A DNA stretch of 64,000 nt from Patescibacteria group bacterium (GTDB taxonomy: Bacteria; Patescibacteriota; Patescibacteriia; UBA9934), in assembly GCA_018062825.1 (NCBI GenBank), contig JAGORL010000002.1:1629-65628 (forward strand), in the 5' to 3' direction. Below, piece after piece: positions 1 through 8,470 of the stretch. The notes below the pieces were generated by a model. It was not told the DNA's origin, made no database searches, and saw only the letters and a program-made list of their open reading frames with translations. Within the stretch, counting starts at the first letter, position 1, and each line of letters opens with the position of its first letter. The position numbers and the translations under genes are program-made.

Positions 1-145
1 TACCATCGCCCACGACAACAAGCGGCGCGTCGTGATACCGAGCGAGCATGATGCCCTTGAACAGACGACCGTACCAAATCTCCTCATTGCCAGCGGCGTT
101 CTTGTAGTGTGGTGCCGCCGGAACCACGATAACCTTGCGTGACAC
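1..145 (-). CDS. partial CDS (N-terminal part only; gene continues beyond window start), unknown function
   Basis: Minus-strand frame reads (GTG)SRKVIVVPAAPHYKNAAGNEEIWYGRLFKGIMLARYHDAPLVVVGDG... and stays open to the window edge. The GTG start at 145 is preceded by AGGAG. Confidence 0.4.
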   Translation of the reverse strand, partial: MSRKVIVVPAAPHYKNAAGNEEIWYGRLFKGIMLARYHDAPLVVVGDG

Positions 146-200
146 GAGAGTCTCCTGAAGTGAAGTGAGGGATCTTGAGGCCCGCATGTCGACATACGAG

Positions 201-308
201 CCAAAACCCCCCACCTCACCTCCGGCCCCAACGTAGTCCGGCTCTGCCGGACGAAGTGGACCTACTCCCTATCCCCTAACCCCTATACCCTATTCCCTAA
301 TCCCTCCC
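201..308 (-). repeat. composite intergenic repeat: conserved hairpin module (227-269) plus C-rich CCCTAA/CCCTAT tract (264-308), G-rich on the sense strand
   Basis: A related copy lies at 38243-38348. The hairpin arm GTCCGGCTCTGCCGGAC differs from GTCCTCAAGGAC in the second copy but keeps its pairing. The 13-mer CCGGCTCTGCCGG recurs at 24594-24606. Confidence 0.6.
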
Positions 309-1074
309 ACATCGCATCAAAGATCATTTCTTGCGTTGACGAAATTGCCTCGTCATCAATCACCGCCCCAAACAACCTGCCATCACTCCCAGCGGAAATG
401 TAGGCCGTCTTCTTGCCGTACATCAGAATGTACGCCGACGAACTTGCACTCGTTGAAAGCCAACGTCGTTCATCAAGGCCATGCTCCGCTCCCCCTGGCC
501 CAATTGCAATCGCCCGTACATGCACCTTGCGTTTTACACGCAAAGCCGTGTAATTCGGCCACGCTTGAGCAATGAGTTCACGAACTTCGGCAGACGAGTA
601 CACGCGATACACGCGCTCAGGCAACAATTCGGCAGTCGAAAGTACATCGTTTAAGATGTCACGAATACCAGCATCGCCTTCGTAGTAGCGCACCGCCGCT
701 CTATGCATCGCAGAGCCGGAAAGTGCTCGCAGCGCCGGAATTGCCGTATCGATCGCTAGTTGCGCCTCTTTAAGCGCCATCTCTTTACGAATGGCGAGTG
801 TACGCAGCTTCTGAGGATCTTCCGCTGTAAAGTACCGATGCGACTTAGCATCAACGTAACTCACCACCCCGGAATCAAGCAGGCGCTTTAAAGCGTCATA
901 CGTCGTACCACGGTTGTAGCCAACCTCCTCAGCGATTCGACGCAGTGGAGCGCTTCCTAGCCGCAACAGGGCAACGTAGATGGCTAAATCCTTCTCAGTT
1001 AAACCAAGAAGGGTTAACGACTGCTTGGAAACTATAGGTGTGGACGACATAGTATGACAAAAATATTCCGACAC
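283..1074 (-). CDS. TrmB-family transcriptional regulator
   Basis: N-terminal winged HTH (LTEKDLAIYVALLRLGSAPLRRIAEEVGYNRGTTYDALKRLLDSGVV) with a C-terminal TrmB-like domain. The last codons GNRV-stop are encoded by the G-rich repeat. Confidence 0.7.
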   Translation of the reverse strand: MSEYFCHTMSSTPIVSKQSLTLLGLTEKDLAIYVALLRLGSAPLRRIAEEVGYNRGTTYDALKRLLDSGVVSYVDAKSHRYFTAEDPQKLRTLAIRKEMALKEAQLAIDTAIPALRALSGSAMHRAAVRYYEGDAGIRDILNDVLSTAELLPERVYRVYSSAEVRELIAQAWPNYTALRVKRKVHVRAIAIGPGGAEHGLDERRWLSTSASSSAYILMYGKKTAYISAGSDGRLFGAVIDDEAISSTQEMIFDAMWEGLGNRV

Positions 1075-1189
1075 TTCAGTGAATATGTCAAAAGTACCCT
1101 TATTTCATTAGCTAAAACGAATAGTTATTTTGTCTGGATTCAGCCGGCATTTTAGTAAGCATCAGCCAAAATCTCTATACCGGCTAAAA

Positions 1190-1218
1190 TTGACGTCCTT
1201 TTTTGAAAAAGCTATCAT
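1190..1218 (+). promoter_or_regulatory. sigma70-like promoter for tRNA-Gln (TTGACG-17nt-TATCAT)
   Basis: Read directly; the -10 element ends 11 nt before the tRNA 5' end. Confidence 0.5.
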
Positions 1219-1229
1219 GTCGGCGCCGA

Positions 1230-1303
1230 TCCGAGATCGTCTAACGGCAGGACAGAGGACTCTGAATCCTCTAATCATGGTTCGAATCCATGTCTCGGAA
1301 CCA
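1230..1303 (+). tRNA. tRNA-Gln (anticodon CUG)
   Basis: Manual cloverleaf: acceptor TCCGAGA/TCTCGGA, anticodon stem GAGGA/TCCTC, loop CTCTGAA, T-arm CATGG-TTCGAAT-CCATG, discriminator A, CCA encoded. Confidence 0.85.
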
Positions 1304-1307
1304 AAAT

Positions 1308-1335
1308 AAGACCACCTTCGGGTGGTCTTATTTTG
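1308..1335 (+). terminator. rho-independent terminator (AAGACCACC-TTCG-GGTGGTCTT + ATTTTG)
   Basis: Perfect 9-bp stem with a tetraloop and a U-tract immediately after the tRNA. Confidence 0.8.
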
Positions 1336-1473
1336 TCCTGAGCATGACATCATTCGTCATGCGAAGGACCCGTCACGACCTGTTCCTACAAGACCGGGAC
1401 AGGGGGTGACCAAGAAAACCCTCCTCCCTTCATTGGGTGGCGGGTTTTCGATTTATTGGATAAAATTTAGAAT

Positions 1474-2202
1474 ATGCTCCCAGTTCCGGAAGAATCTCGT
1501 GAAAAAGTCTATTGCCTTGAGGACCCGAGATGGTTTGCACCTATTAATGTCATTTCGCATTACAGTAGCCATCTCGATTCCTTGCCGCGCGAACAGAAGA
1601 AAACCAAAGCTTTTCGTAAAGCATATGAACTGTTTCTTGGTGCGATTATGCTGTTGGGCATTCAAGAAGTAGAGAATGACGTGTACTGGATACAGCCAGT
1701 TTCAGATGAGGAGCAATCTCCAGATGTTCGCACCGGTCGACAAGTACCAGTGAATAACGGTCACGCCCCAGATTTTGAAAGGCAGGATATCGAGGTTGTT
1801 GCATTCATTCCTAAACCTGGCGAGAATCTATCCGAATTTCTTCAACGTACAAAACTGTCTGGAAACAAATCCTACGACTCGAAAACAACCATCTTGTGTC
1901 ACATCCAGACAGGCTCACCCGTTCCGAAAATCACTATTACAGATGAGTTAAGAAAAACAAAAGCTGTTTGCCCGGTTCTTGTATTGGGTCGCACTCACCC
2001 GACGGACCATCAATATCTCTTACTTCAAGTATCCCCAAATTATAAAATTATTGCTCAATACGATGCTAAGGCATTATTGTTAAAACAGGCTCATCAAGGA
2101 TCACTAAACCTTCGGCGAGGTTCAAAACCAGATAATGAGCATCGTCCGAACGATAAGCACTATCCCTTTGAATCCATGGGTTTCACATGTTCTTTGATTT
2201 AG
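1474..2202 (+). CDS. hypothetical protein (AT-rich island)
   Basis: 242-aa ORF in the tRNA-adjacent AT-rich segment; no recognisable motif. Confidence 0.45.
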   Translation: MLPVPEESREKVYCLEDPRWFAPINVISHYSSHLDSLPREQKKTKAFRKAYELFLGAIMLLGIQEVENDVYWIQPVSDEEQSPDVRTGRQVPVNNGHAPDFERQDIEVVAFIPKPGENLSEFLQRTKLSGNKSYDSKTTILCHIQTGSPVPKITITDELRKTKAVCPVLVLGRTHPTDHQYLLLQVSPNYKIIAQYDAKALLLKQAHQGSLNLRRGSKPDNEHRPNDKHYPFESMGFTCSLI

Positions 2203-2215
2203 AAGATAGTACATT

Positions 2216-2956
2216 ATGAGCAATCAACGCCCCAAGATTTCAGACCCCATCCGTCGAAAAATCCGCCAACGTTGCGGCTTTGGTTGTGTATTGTGTGGCT
2301 ACCCTCTCTACGAGTATGACCATATCGAGGGCTGGGCGAATGTTAAGCGGCATCAGGAAGAAGACATCACTCTTTTATGTGTAACGCATCATACTGAGGT
2401 TACTCATAAACTATTGTCACGAGAGGCGGTGAAGGCAGCAAATAAGGATCCATATAATCATCGTCAGGGAGTGAGTAAGCCCTATTTTTTGAATTATGCT
2501 GGGGGCGATCTAGAGACGGAGATTGGTGGAAATATATTTCAGGCCGCAGTCCCGCTCATAATCGAGGATCAACCGATCATCGGATATCAGTCGGATGGAG
2601 AAAACCTCTTACTCTATGTAAAATTATTTGATAAAGACGGAAATCTTGTATTGGACATAGATGCGAACGAGCTCGTTTACTCAATTGACCGGTGGGATAT
2701 AGAGTTGGTTGCTAATCAGCTAACTATACGTGCAGATAAGGGTAAATTCTTAGTTCGAATGCGATTTATCGTGCCTCATAAACTCTACATTGATAGGGGT
2801 ATTATCCAGTATAAAAATCGGTCAGTGTTTATTCAAGATCAGCAGATGACTGTGGATAATGCTGCCATCTTGAGCGGCAGTCGTATTACAGCACCGGTAG
2901 GAATTGCGATTGGTACCTATACGCGTCCGTTCTCATGCGCTATTAGGATCAATTAA
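2216..2956 (+). CDS. HNH endonuclease-domain protein with unknown C-terminal domain
   Basis: N-terminal CGFGCVLCGYPLYEYDHIEGWANVKRHQEEDITLLCVTHHTEV fits the HNH pattern C-x-x-C ... DH ... N ... H-H. The stop TAA is followed by a G-rich tract. Confidence 0.65.
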   Translation: MSNQRPKISDPIRRKIRQRCGFGCVLCGYPLYEYDHIEGWANVKRHQEEDITLLCVTHHTEVTHKLLSREAVKAANKDPYNHRQGVSKPYFLNYAGGDLETEIGGNIFQAAVPLIIEDQPIIGYQSDGENLLLYVKLFDKDGNLVLDIDANELVYSIDRWDIELVANQLTIRADKGKFLVRMRFIVPHKLYIDRGIIQYKNRSVFIQDQQMTVDNAAILSGSRITAPVGIAIGTYTRPFSCAIRIN

Positions 2957-3103
2957 AGGGGGAACAGGGTTTAGGGGCATATAGAAAGGGGTCCCAAAGC
3001 CTCCCCAAAGGCTCAGTCCGTGACCGGGCCATAGAAAACAAGATAAAAATCAAAAACTGACTTTTCTTTTGTTCTTATAAGTATATGATATGTTGGAATC
3101 TAT

Positions 3104-3277
3104 ATGAAAAAATGTATTAAATGCGGACATGCTGAGATGCACACATCAGAACCAATCAGAATTCAAATCAACAGTGAATCAAATCCTTCAAAATTCTTAG
3201 ATATCAATAGATGCAATACTGAAGACTGTGAATGCATTTTAACGCTACAAGAAAAAAGAGACCTCGAAATTGATTAG
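3104..3277 (+). CDS. small zinc-ribbon protein (57 aa), hypothetical
   Basis: MKKCIKCGHAEMHTSEPIRIQINSESNPSKFLDINRCNTEDCECILTLQEKRDLEID, found by manual translation; it is below the ORF-track length cutoff. Confidence 0.3.
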   Translation: MKKCIKCGHAEMHTSEPIRIQINSESNPSKFLDINRCNTEDCECILTLQEKRDLEID

Positions 3278-3307
3278 GAAAATTTACTAAAATCACAACT
3301 AATATAT

Positions 3308-3709
3308 ATGGGATTCTGGATGAACTTTAGAAAAAAAATGTTATGCGAAACATTTTTTTCATCCTACTGCTCAAGAAAGGCTCACTACCCGATGGAAGAC
3401 GAAAATCAATGGTTGAAAGCAGCTATTGAGGAAATATTAACAGATTTTGTTAATCATGATCTCAAAATGATGCCTGAGTTGCTAAATCAAAATGCAGAAT
3501 CAATTTTAAGTCGGATAAAAAACACAGACCCTTACCGACAGGCAATAATTGAACTCTGGAGTTCCTATAAATTTAGTAAACAAATAAGTAAAAATGACTT
3601 TAGTCAAATGTTTAATAACTTTTACGAAAGCGAAAAAGAAATCGAACCACATTACTCAAAGGCCTATATTAAGTATAAAAATAAATTCCCTAAACTGATT
3701 AACTCTTAA
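3308..3709 (+). CDS. hypothetical protein (AT-rich island)
   Basis: 133-aa ORF. The true start may be the internal Met (MEDENQ...). Confidence 0.4.
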   Translation: MGFWMNFRKKMLCETFFSSYCSRKAHYPMEDENQWLKAAIEEILTDFVNHDLKMMPELLNQNAESILSRIKNTDPYRQAIIELWSSYKFSKQISKNDFSQMFNNFYESEKEIEPHYSKAYIKYKNKFPKLINS

Positions 3710-3763
3710 AGTATTGCATTGATCTCTCAGCAGCATGCAATGTAAAGAGGCAACATGCACAAG

Positions 3764-3779
3764 CCCCCCCCTTTTTTTT
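3764..3779. repeat. adjacent homopolymers C8 then T8 between convergent genes
   Basis: AAGCCCCCCCCTTTTTTTTA read directly. Confidence 0.9.
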
Positions 3780-3780
3780 A

Positions 3781-4329
3781 TCACATCTCCTCCCTCTTAA
3801 TCTTATCAACGAGCGCATCAGGCTCAAGGCGAACCTTGAACGAGTCACTCAACAAAGTGTCATACGTGGTGTGATGTGGTCGGACGGTTTTCTCAAGAGC
3901 AACTCCCTGCCCTTCTAGCTGCAAAGCAAAATCATCAAGTGAACCAGTTAGCGGATAGATCTCGATATGATCAAAACCACTGACCTGGCTGCCATCAGGC
4001 TTTTGATCGGACAATTCTAAGTACCAAATATCACCGAGCTCCGTCGCAATTGGAGTCGTAAATTTAACGATCGCAATACGGCGCGCTGAAATGATCGACT
4101 GATACACAAAATCACTGTGGTAATCAAAGAAAGCTCGCAGCTCTTCATACTCTTCCTGACTCCCACACTTATAACAGATATGGTCGGCGCGAGCGGCTGG
4201 CTGAGTTTTCGCTACCCAGGCATTGAAGAGATCAAGCTCTTTCTGGGCGGCTAAAAAGAATTCGTTGAGATTTTTATACATACAAGGCTCAAAGCACCAT
4301 AGCATGAGGTAAAAACAATGAGTACTCAA
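3781..4329 (-). CDS. hypothetical protein
   Basis: 182-aa ORF. Segments FDHIEIYPLTGSLDD / GQGVAL faintly resemble a VOC/glyoxalase-like fold, with low confidence. The true start is probably an internal Met. Confidence 0.45.
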   Translation of the reverse strand: MSTHCFYLMLWCFEPCMYKNLNEFFLAAQKELDLFNAWVAKTQPAARADHICYKCGSQEEYEELRAFFDYHSDFVYQSIISARRIAIVKFTTPIATELGDIWYLELSDQKPDGSQVSGFDHIEIYPLTGSLDDFALQLEGQGVALEKTVRPHHTTYDTLLSDSFKVRLEPDALVDKIKREEM

Positions 4330-4397
4330 GCAGTGGAAAAGACCTGTCGTTTACTTGGCGTTTAAGTGCTATATTTTGCACTAAAATAAAACATCCT

Positions 4398-5699
4398 GTG
4401 GCTACCGAACAACCCCCAAAAACCCCAACAAAACCAACGATCAAACTCACGAAAGAACTTCGAGAACTCTTAGAGGTCTTAGAAAACACTTCAGAGAACG
4501 TTTTCCTAAGCGGTAAAGCCGGCACCGGAAAATCAACTTTCTTGAGATACTTTCGATCGATCACCAAAAAGAATGTAGTCGTCCTGGCGCCAACTGGCAT
4601 TGCCGCCGTTGGGATTCAAGGGCAAACAATTCACTCCTTTTTTAAATTTGGCATTGATACCACGCTCAATGATGTGGAGCCGGTTGCAAAAAGCGCTATC
4701 TATAAAAAGATTGATCTCCTGGTTATTGATGAAATCTCCATGGTGCGCTCGGATCTTTTTGATTGCATGGAAAAGTTCATGCGCTTAAATGGCAGAGAGA
4801 AGCACCTCCCCTTTGGTGGCGTGCAGCTACTTGTAATTGGAGACTTACATCAACTGCCACCGGTCGTAAAAAGAAATGGTGAAGAGAACATTTTTACCGA
4901 ACTCTACGAAGGGCCGCATTTCTTTGACGCCATGTCATACCGCAGTGCCGAATTTAAAAAGATGGAACTTACCCACGTTTTTCGTCAAAATCAAAAACAC
5001 TTCATCGAGGCGCTTGATGCGATTCGGATCAACAAGTACACCGCCAAGCACCTAAAGCTCATTAACGATCGAGTAGCTAAAAATAACGATCACGAGCTTG
5101 ATTTCACTATCTCAATTGTTACTACCAACAAAACCGCGGATGAGATCAACAAGAAAAAACTAGAAAGTTTGAGTACCAAAAAGAAGGTGTACAAAGGCGC
5201 TATTCAAGGCAAGTTCAAAGAAACACTCCCAACCGATGAAAGCCTTGAACTCAAATGCGGTTCGCAAGTCATGCTCATTAAAAACGACCCAGAGGGCCGC
5301 TTTGTAAATGGCGATATCGGTAAAGTGAAATCACTGACCGATAGTGAAGTAGAGGTTATTTTCGAAAGCGGCAAGTGCGTGAGCGTGAGTTCAGAAACCT
5401 GGAACAATATCAATTTCAAACTTGATTCCGCCAAAAGAAAGATTGAAACCGAAACCGTCGGATCATTCACACAAATTCCGATCAAACTCGCCTGGGCGAT
5501 CACCATTCACAAAGCTCAGGGCAAAACCTTTGATAAAGTACATATTGATATGGGCCGCGGCGCCTTTGATTCAGGGCAGACATACGTTGCTCTGAGTCGA
5601 GCACGAACACTCGAAGGTATAACATTAAAGCAACCAATTTATCCGAGAGATATTTATACAAATTCTAGAGTCGATGCTTTTATGAGCAATGACCGTTAG
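4398..5699 (+). CDS. Pif1/RecD-family ATP-dependent DNA helicase
   Basis: Walker A LSGKAGTGKST, FGGVQLLVIGDLHQLPPV, AITIHKAQGKTFDKV, YVALSRAR. Confidence 0.8.
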   Translation: MATEQPPKTPTKPTIKLTKELRELLEVLENTSENVFLSGKAGTGKSTFLRYFRSITKKNVVVLAPTGIAAVGIQGQTIHSFFKFGIDTTLNDVEPVAKSAIYKKIDLLVIDEISMVRSDLFDCMEKFMRLNGREKHLPFGGVQLLVIGDLHQLPPVVKRNGEENIFTELYEGPHFFDAMSYRSAEFKKMELTHVFRQNQKHFIEALDAIRINKYTAKHLKLINDRVAKNNDHELDFTISIVTTNKTADEINKKKLESLSTKKKVYKGAIQGKFKETLPTDESLELKCGSQVMLIKNDPEGRFVNGDIGKVKSLTDSEVEVIFESGKCVSVSSETWNNINFKLDSAKRKIETETVGSFTQIPIKLAWAITIHKAQGKTFDKVHIDMGRGAFDSGQTYVALSRARTLEGITLKQPIYPRDIYTNSRVDAFMSNDR

Positions 5700-6333
5700 C
5701 ACTATGGAAAAATCATACGGAAATATTGCCGCCGCTCTTATCTTCAACGGCGCCATGGTCGCACTTTTCATGCAAGCACTCTTAAGGCCAGAGGCTAATG
5801 CCGAATGGATCTTTCGAGGAGCATTTCTCATCTTCATCTTTGAGTTCTTAGCGATCTTTGCCCAACTCTGGCCTATTAAGCTCGTAGATGAATGGAAAAA
5901 GTCTGATGCTATTAAGAAAACCGGCGTCGTAGTGCAGGGCGTTATTATCTCCCTCTTTATTCTTGGCTTCACCTTTGGCTTTAGTTACCTTGCAGGCAAC
6001 GTAGCCGCCGGTGGCTACTTTGTGATCTCAATGATCGCTAAGTACGTAAGTCATGCAAAAAACGGCATGGACATGAAAGCGACCTATGCCGGTATTTTAA
6101 TCTTCATGGGAACTCTCATGGCAGTCTCGTTCACCTCCCCGGTGTGGCCAGCCATCTTTCCGTTCCCAGAGTCGGTACTCGCACAAAAAATCGACGGTTC
6201 AAGCGGTATGTTTGTCGATGCCCCGCAAGTGCAACTTGTCTGGGGAGCCCTCTACTTCCTCGGTCTCACGATGTACGAACTTAAGAAACCCATCATCGAC
6301 GCCTGGTTTACGAAGTATCAAGTAAAGAAGTAA
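5689..6333 (+). CDS. hypothetical multi-pass membrane protein
   Basis: Several hydrophobic segments. It overlaps the end of the helicase gene, so the two are probably co-transcribed; the start may be at 5704. Confidence 0.5.
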   Translation: MTVSTMEKSYGNIAAALIFNGAMVALFMQALLRPEANAEWIFRGAFLIFIFEFLAIFAQLWPIKLVDEWKKSDAIKKTGVVVQGVIISLFILGFTFGFSYLAGNVAAGGYFVISMIAKYVSHAKNGMDMKATYAGILIFMGTLMAVSFTSPVWPAIFPFPESVLAQKIDGSSGMFVDAPQVQLVWGALYFLGLTMYELKKPIIDAWFTKYQVKK

Positions 6334-6365
6334 GAAAAAATCCCGCTAGCAGGCGGGATTTTTCT
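6334..6365. terminator. bidirectional rho-independent terminator (AAAAAATCCCGC-TAGCA-GCGGGATTTTT)
   Basis: Sits between convergent genes. Confidence 0.8.
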
Positions 6366-6395
6366 ATAACGCACCAAAATCACGAACTCTTCGCA

Positions 6396-8048
6396 CTACA
6401 CAACATTTCCTCCAAAAGCCCCCAAAAGCGCATCGACCGTATTTTCTACCTGTTCACGCTTTTGAAGTACCACCTCAAGGTGAACCGGGCGCATCACAAT
6501 CGTCTCAATGCCCGCACATACCATAAGAGACGTTTTATTATCCTTGAACTTCTCAGCGTGAATAGCGTACGGAACCTCCAAGATAATACGACCTCCGGAA
6601 ACATCCGCAACCGTTGCTGTCTTCATAAGAAGCGAAACAGCCACGCTCTTCTCAGCAACAACACTAATACAGCGCCCCCACTTATCCTTAACGTCATCAA
6701 GCGTAAGCGCAGGTAGTTCAGCGCCATCAGCCGAACTAACGACAGGCTGCCTTGGCGAGCTCTCTTCTACCAGCTTGGAGCCATTTGGCGCACTTGGCGG
6801 CAAGACGGCTCTATTGGTCGGCTTTGCAAATGACGGCATCGGGGCACGCGCAGGAGCGGCGGGAGCAGCTACAGCGGCTGGCGCAGGCTGCGGCGCACGA
6901 ACAACTGGAGCCACAACAGGTGCCGACGGTGTTGCAATAGGAGCAACTGCTGCAACCGGAACGACTGGATAACAAAACCGTACAAAAGCAATCTCAAGCG
7001 GCGCTTGCGGCAAATTACCAAGCGTGGACCTAAAACGCGCCTCTAAAACAAGATCGAGGAGCGATCCAATCTCAGCCGGTTTCAAAGCCTTACTCGCCTC
7101 AGTTTGCGAGCGTCCAAGTTCAGGATCAGCGGATAAAGACGCTTGATCGCCAAGAGAAATATAAAGGGTGTCACGCACCGCCTCCGCAAGTTCATCCGCT
7201 AAATGCTTACAATTACCACCAGATTCCGTGAACGCCAAAAGCTCATTCATCGCTCCATACGCCTCGCGCTTACTTAAAGCTCGCAAGATACCAGCGATCG
7301 TTCGGGCCGCACTTTGCGGTAACAACAAAGAGGCTGTGCTCATGCCAATATGCTGCTCACCGAGTGCTAACAGCTGACCAAATAAACTCTCCGCATCACG
7401 CAAACAACCCTCAGAGCTCTTCGCAATTGCGGCAGTAACGTCATCATCCACCGTCACCGCTTCAGAAGCAGCAATCTTCTGCAAGCGCTTCATGATCTCA
7501 ACCTCTGGAATACGACGAAAATCAAAACGCTGACAACGAGAAAGGATGGTAGCCGGAATTTTATGCAATTCCGTAGTCGCTAAAATAAAAACGGCATGCT
7601 TTGGCGGCTCCTCGAGTGTTTTCAAAAGGGCATTAAACGACGACGTTGATAGCATGTGTACCTCGTCGATGATGAAGACCTTGAATTTAGCGGTGGTTGG
7701 AGCAAACCGTACGTTCTCGATGATATTTTCACGAACATTATCAACACCGGTCTGCGAAGCGGCATCAACCTCCAAAATATCCATCGCTCGACCCTCCTGA
7801 AAGGCCACACACTGCGCACAAGCGCCACAAGGCTCAAACTCCCCCTGCCCCTTACCCTCACACTGCACTGACTTAGCCAAAAGTCGGGCGATCGTGGTTT
7901 TACCCACACCGCGCGGGCCAGCAAAAAGATAGGCCTGGGCGGTTTTTCCCGAGGCAATTTGATTAGTAACTGTACGAATAACATGCTCTTGTTCGCTAAC
8001 ATCAGCGAAACGTTGAGGTCGGTATTTTCGGTAGAGTGCTTCAGCCAT
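6396..8048 (-). CDS. dnaX: DNA polymerase III subunit gamma/tau
   Basis: YRPQRFADV, GPRGVGKTT, Zn-module CxxC..C, DEVHML, and a Pro/Ala-rich linker. Confidence 0.9.
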   Translation of the reverse strand: MAEALYRKYRPQRFADVSEQEHVIRTVTNQIASGKTAQAYLFAGPRGVGKTTIARLLAKSVQCEGKGQGEFEPCGACAQCVAFQEGRAMDILEVDAASQTGVDNVRENIIENVRFAPTTAKFKVFIIDEVHMLSTSSFNALLKTLEEPPKHAVFILATTELHKIPATILSRCQRFDFRRIPEVEIMKRLQKIAASEAVTVDDDVTAAIAKSSEGCLRDAESLFGQLLALGEQHIGMSTASLLLPQSAARTIAGILRALSKREAYGAMNELLAFTESGGNCKHLADELAEAVRDTLYISLGDQASLSADPELGRSQTEASKALKPAEIGSLLDLVLEARFRSTLGNLPQAPLEIAFVRFCYPVVPVAAVAPIATPSAPVVAPVVRAPQPAPAAVAAPAAPARAPMPSFAKPTNRAVLPPSAPNGSKLVEESSPRQPVVSSADGAELPALTLDDVKDKWGRCISVVAEKSVAVSLLMKTATVADVSGGRIILEVPYAIHAEKFKDNKTSLMVCAGIETIVMRPVHLEVVLQKREQVENTVDALLGAFGGNVV

Positions 8049-8103
8049 ATGGAAGGAGTGTAAAACATACGGCGGAATGGCGGAAGGGTAAAGGTGGGAA
8101 GGT

Positions 8104-8460
8104 TTAATGCTTGAAAATCTTTGAATAGCTAGCGATCATGCGTGATAATTTTCGTGAATCATCGAGGCCTTTAGTAAAAGTATCCTGAGAAAAATAACCC
8201 AAATCAAAACCTGCATAAAATAACGAACGAACTTCACCACACGAACCTTTTGCAATCAGTAAATAATTAGCCATGGTTTTAGTTGAATGCGATTCATGAC
8301 CTTCCGCTATATTGTTCATCACCGACAAAGAAGCACGACGCATTTGAGAACGAAAATCACGATCAATGACACTTTTTGTAGAGGAATAAACAAAAGTAAC
8401 AAGCTGCCTAGCCTCTTGCCAGATACGCAAATCTTCGAATGTCTTATATGCCTTATCCAT
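8104..8460 (-). CDS. four-helix-bundle protein (23S rRNA intervening-sequence protein family; Avd-like)
   Basis: 118 aa; RIWQEARQLVTFVY ... MNNIAEGHE ... GSCGEVRSL is characteristic of the TIGR02436-type family. Confidence 0.8.
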   Translation of the reverse strand: MDKAYKTFEDLRIWQEARQLVTFVYSSTKSVIDRDFRSQMRRASLSVMNNIAEGHESHSTKTMANYLLIAKGSCGEVRSLFYAGFDLGYFSQDTFTKGLDDSRKLSRMIASYSKIFKH

Positions 8461-8470
8461 ATCACTAACG

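Noticed and set aside
336-1672. Short ORFs 336-575 (+), 1162-1353 (-), 1322-1672 (+), 1453-1665 (-)
   Set aside because: They overlap the TrmB gene antisense, or they overlap the tRNA-Gln gene, its promoter and its terminator. No RBS is present and composition is poor.
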